Below, piece by piece: positions 61,007 to 64,000 of a DNA stretch of 64,000 bases (position 1 is its first letter; every line of letters begins with the position of its first letter). Under the pieces are notes generated by a model. It had not been told where the DNA came from, ran no database searches, and saw only the letters and a list, made by a program, of their open reading frames with translations. The position numbers and the translations under genes were made by a program. The stretch comes from Basidiobolus meristosporus CBS 931.73 (lineage: Eukaryota > Fungi > Basidiobolomycota): the NCBI GenBank assembly GCA_002104905.1, contig MCFE01000043.1, forward strand, positions 62,001-126,000, read 5' to 3'.

Positions 61007-64000
61007 TGTTATGATCTACCGCTTGAATGTTTAAGTTAGATCAGTTTTTAGTCAAATCAATTAGTATATGTTTAGGTTATCAGTATATCAGTATTATCTA
61101 TGAAATCAGTAGCATTAGTCAGCAAATGAATCAGCAGATCCTTATCAGACAGAGATAGATATATTAAGTAGGATCTTATTGGGTGATGATGATGCAATCA
61201 AATGAGCCATCAGCCACAACCTACATTAGGAAATACAATTAGTCAGCAATTGATCTGGCAAAATGTATATAAGGAGCTGCTGGAACCTCAATAAAAATCA
61301 GTTCAAGTTTTAGTGAATACAATACTAGCTGAACTCCCTATTCCTCTACAACTCTTATACCAAGACTTGTAACATTGGTAGCAGCAATAACCAGAAACCT
61401 CCCTCCTGAAGAAAGAAGAAACCACCCTCAAGATGTTGGACAATCAAGAATGGAAGAATGCCATGCAGCAAATCCTGGCCCAACAGCAACAGCTACTCCA
61501 GATCCTCAGCCAACAGCAGCAAGGAATGACTACCATGGCTCAGAGCCAGCAAAGCCCTGTCAAGCGCAACTTTAGTGTGAAGGTCAACCGGTACCATGGC
61601 AGAGTCAATGAAAACCTGGGAACTTGGCTCTTTCAGATTGAAGAAGCTTTTAAAGCTAAAGGAATTGCTCCAGAGAGCAAGTTGCATTATGCAGCTTCTT
61701 ACCTGGCAGATGCAGCTTTACAGTGGTACCACAACAAGATCAGGTCAGCTACTATGATGGGATGCTCTACAATCTCTACCTGGGATGAGTTTGTGTCGGA
61801 AATTCAGGATGCTTTTGAACCTCCACACCAGCAGACACTACTAAGAAGGAAGTTAAAGACACTCATACGGAAAGGAATGGTGCAAGAATACATCTATGAG
61901 TACAGATGTCTACTTGGACAAATTCAAAGAATGGACCCCTTGGATCAAGTTGAATACTTTATTGATGGGTTGAAAGAAAGAACTCGCAAGGAAGTCAATT
62001 ACCAAAGACCTCAGACTATTGAAGAAGCCATCAAGATTGCCATTGACTATAACTCAGCTATGTTTGGATTTGGGAAGCCTACAGTGACTAATCAGAAAGG
62101 CTATAATCCTTATGAAAGAAGACAATCAGAAGCAGTACCAATGGAAATAGACGCTATGCAGAAGAATCCTACCTCAGAAGAATGTAAGAAGAAAGGACTT
62201 TGCTTCAATTGCCACCAGCAAGGACATATTGCAAAGTACTGCCCTCAGAGAAGAAATGGACACCAGCCAACAAGAACCTTCAACCATATTGAGTCCCATG
62301 AACACAGTAATGTGGAAGATGAGCTTGAAGAAGACTTGGAACTCACCTTCCATATGACAGAAGAGTACTTGTCCCAAATGACTTGAAACTCAGGGAAGTT
62401 ATTGTACTTGAATGGAGTAATCAATGGAGTACCTGCCAAGATCATGATTGACTCAGGAGCATCGCATGAGTACATGTCAGAGCAATTTGCTTTGAAAGCT
62501 GGAATCAACTTGGAACCTACCAAATCAACTTCAGTTTCCACAGCTGATGGGAACTCCCACATAATCAACCGTATTACCCAGCCAGTAGGAATGAAGATCA
62601 ATGACTATGAAGAAGACCAACCGGCTTATATATTTGGGAACTGCAAGTTTGACCTTGTACTTGGAAAAACCTGGCTATTTTGTCGTAATCCATCAATGAA
62701 CTGGAGAACCCATGCTACTCAGATCCAAAAAGACAACAAGACCTATGAGCTATTACCTGCCATGCTGGATTTCAACTTGGTCAATTCCAGTGTGTGTGAG
62801 ACAAGTGAACTTAGCAAGACCCAGTTCTGTAGAGCACTTAGAAAAGTACCGAGATGTTCCTCATGGCGGTATTACAGGAGGATTCCTCTACCCCAGCACC
62901 CCAGCAGGTCCAGACTCTCTTGAAGAAATATTCAGACGTGTTTCCAGATGAGCTTGTAAGCCTACCACCAGTCAGAGACGTGGATCATGCCATTGACACA
63001 GGAGATAGCCCTCCAGTGAGCAAGACACCTTACAGAATGAGTCCATTGGAATTGGAGGAAATGAAGAGACAAATTGATCAGCTATTGGAGCAAGGATACA
63101 TCAGGCCCAGCAAGTCACCTTGGGGAGCACCAGTGCTTTTTGTGAAAAAGAAGGATGGAACACTTAGGATGTGCATTGACTACAGAGCCCTGAACTCAGT
63201 TACCGTCAAGAATAAGTACCCTATACCTTGGATTGATGAGCTTTTGGACCAACTCAATGGAGCCACTATTTTCAGCAAGATAGACCTCATGTCAGGATAC
63301 AACCAGATTAGGGTGAAACCAGAAGATATCCCTAAGACAGCATTCAGGACCAGATATGGACATTACAAGTACTTAGTCATGAGTTTTGGCCTCACTAATG
63401 CCCCTGCAACATTCATGACACTGATGCAGACTGTCTTTCAGGAGTACTTAGACAAGTTTGTGATAGTCTACCTGGATGACATATTGATATACAGCAAGAC
63501 AGAAGAGGATCACGTAGTGCACATTGAAAAGGTCTTGAAGAAACTAAGAGAGAATGAGCTATATGGCAAGCTAGCCAAGTGTGAATTCTTCAAGGAACAC
63601 ATTGAATACCTGGGACACATAGTGACTAGCACAGGAGTAACCTTGGACCCAAAGAAGGTGGAAGTAATCAAGAATTTGAAGCAGCCCCATAGCATATCAG
63701 AACTCAGATCATTCCTTGGAATGGTTTCCTATTATCAGAGATTTGTCAAGTCTTTTGCAAGTATTGCAGCCCCTTTAACTGATATCCTCAAGAAAGACAA
63801 TACCTACAAGTGGGACATAGCTTGTGAGACTGCCTTCCAGATGCTCAAGAATGAACTTGCTAAGCTGCCAAGCCTAAGAATACCAGACTTCAGAAAAGAG
63901 TTCACTCTGTGCACAGATGCTTCAGATTATGCAATTGGTGGAGTGCTGAGCCAAGAACACAAGGGAAAGGACTACCCTGTTGCCTTTGAATCCAAGAAAC
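61007..64000 (+). mobile_element. Gypsy-B copy, runs off the window end
   Basis: 5' LTR 61007-61374; PBS TGGTAGCAGC 61376-61385 (probable tRNAi-Met); gag 61433; protease IDSGAS; RT from ~62990. Confidence 0.93.
61433..64000 (+). pseudogene. gag-pol: Gypsy-B gag-pol with a premature TGA (62384-62386) and a frameshift near 62842
   Basis: CFNCHQQGHIAKYC knuckle; the other copy has TCA at the stop codon and AAAAGGTACC at the frameshift. Confidence 0.88.

Noticed and set aside
429-63695. The many 60-120 aa ORFs in the track as host genes
   Set aside because: They are antisense or off-frame shadows of TE ORFs, LTRs or MITE arms, often with GTG/TTG starts; none shows a host protein motif.

Overview
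Eukaryotic (most likely fungal; lineage cannot be fixed from sequence alone), strongly CpG-depleted window made almost entirely of nested transposable elements, with no recognisable host gene. Contents: (1) four LTR-retrotransposon families with internal sequence. Gypsy-A has one intact young copy at 16022-23196 with a 1617-aa gag-pol and a tRNA-Lys PBS. Gypsy-B has copies at 36718-41654 and 61007-end plus remnants. Copia-A is at 1663-6488 plus solos and a tandem junction. Copia-B forms a three-deep same-family nest at ~42807-53629. Two further LTR families occur only as solo LTRs. (2) Many fragments of a two-gene CACTA/EnSpm-like DNA transposon whose termini read CCCTA(C/T)GAGAAATAA. (3) A PHIS-superfamily (DDE_Tnp_4, Pangu-like: AG..CT termini, 3-bp ANT-type TSD) element with a divergent second ORF, and its 734-bp near-perfect hairpin MITE. 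The most unusual signal is this MITE. Its 347-bp arms evolve in concert and are perfectly paired near the loop but diverged toward the termini, and four of five copies sit inside transposase remnants of the parent family. All family assignments are by motif recognition, not database search; identities were counted by eye.
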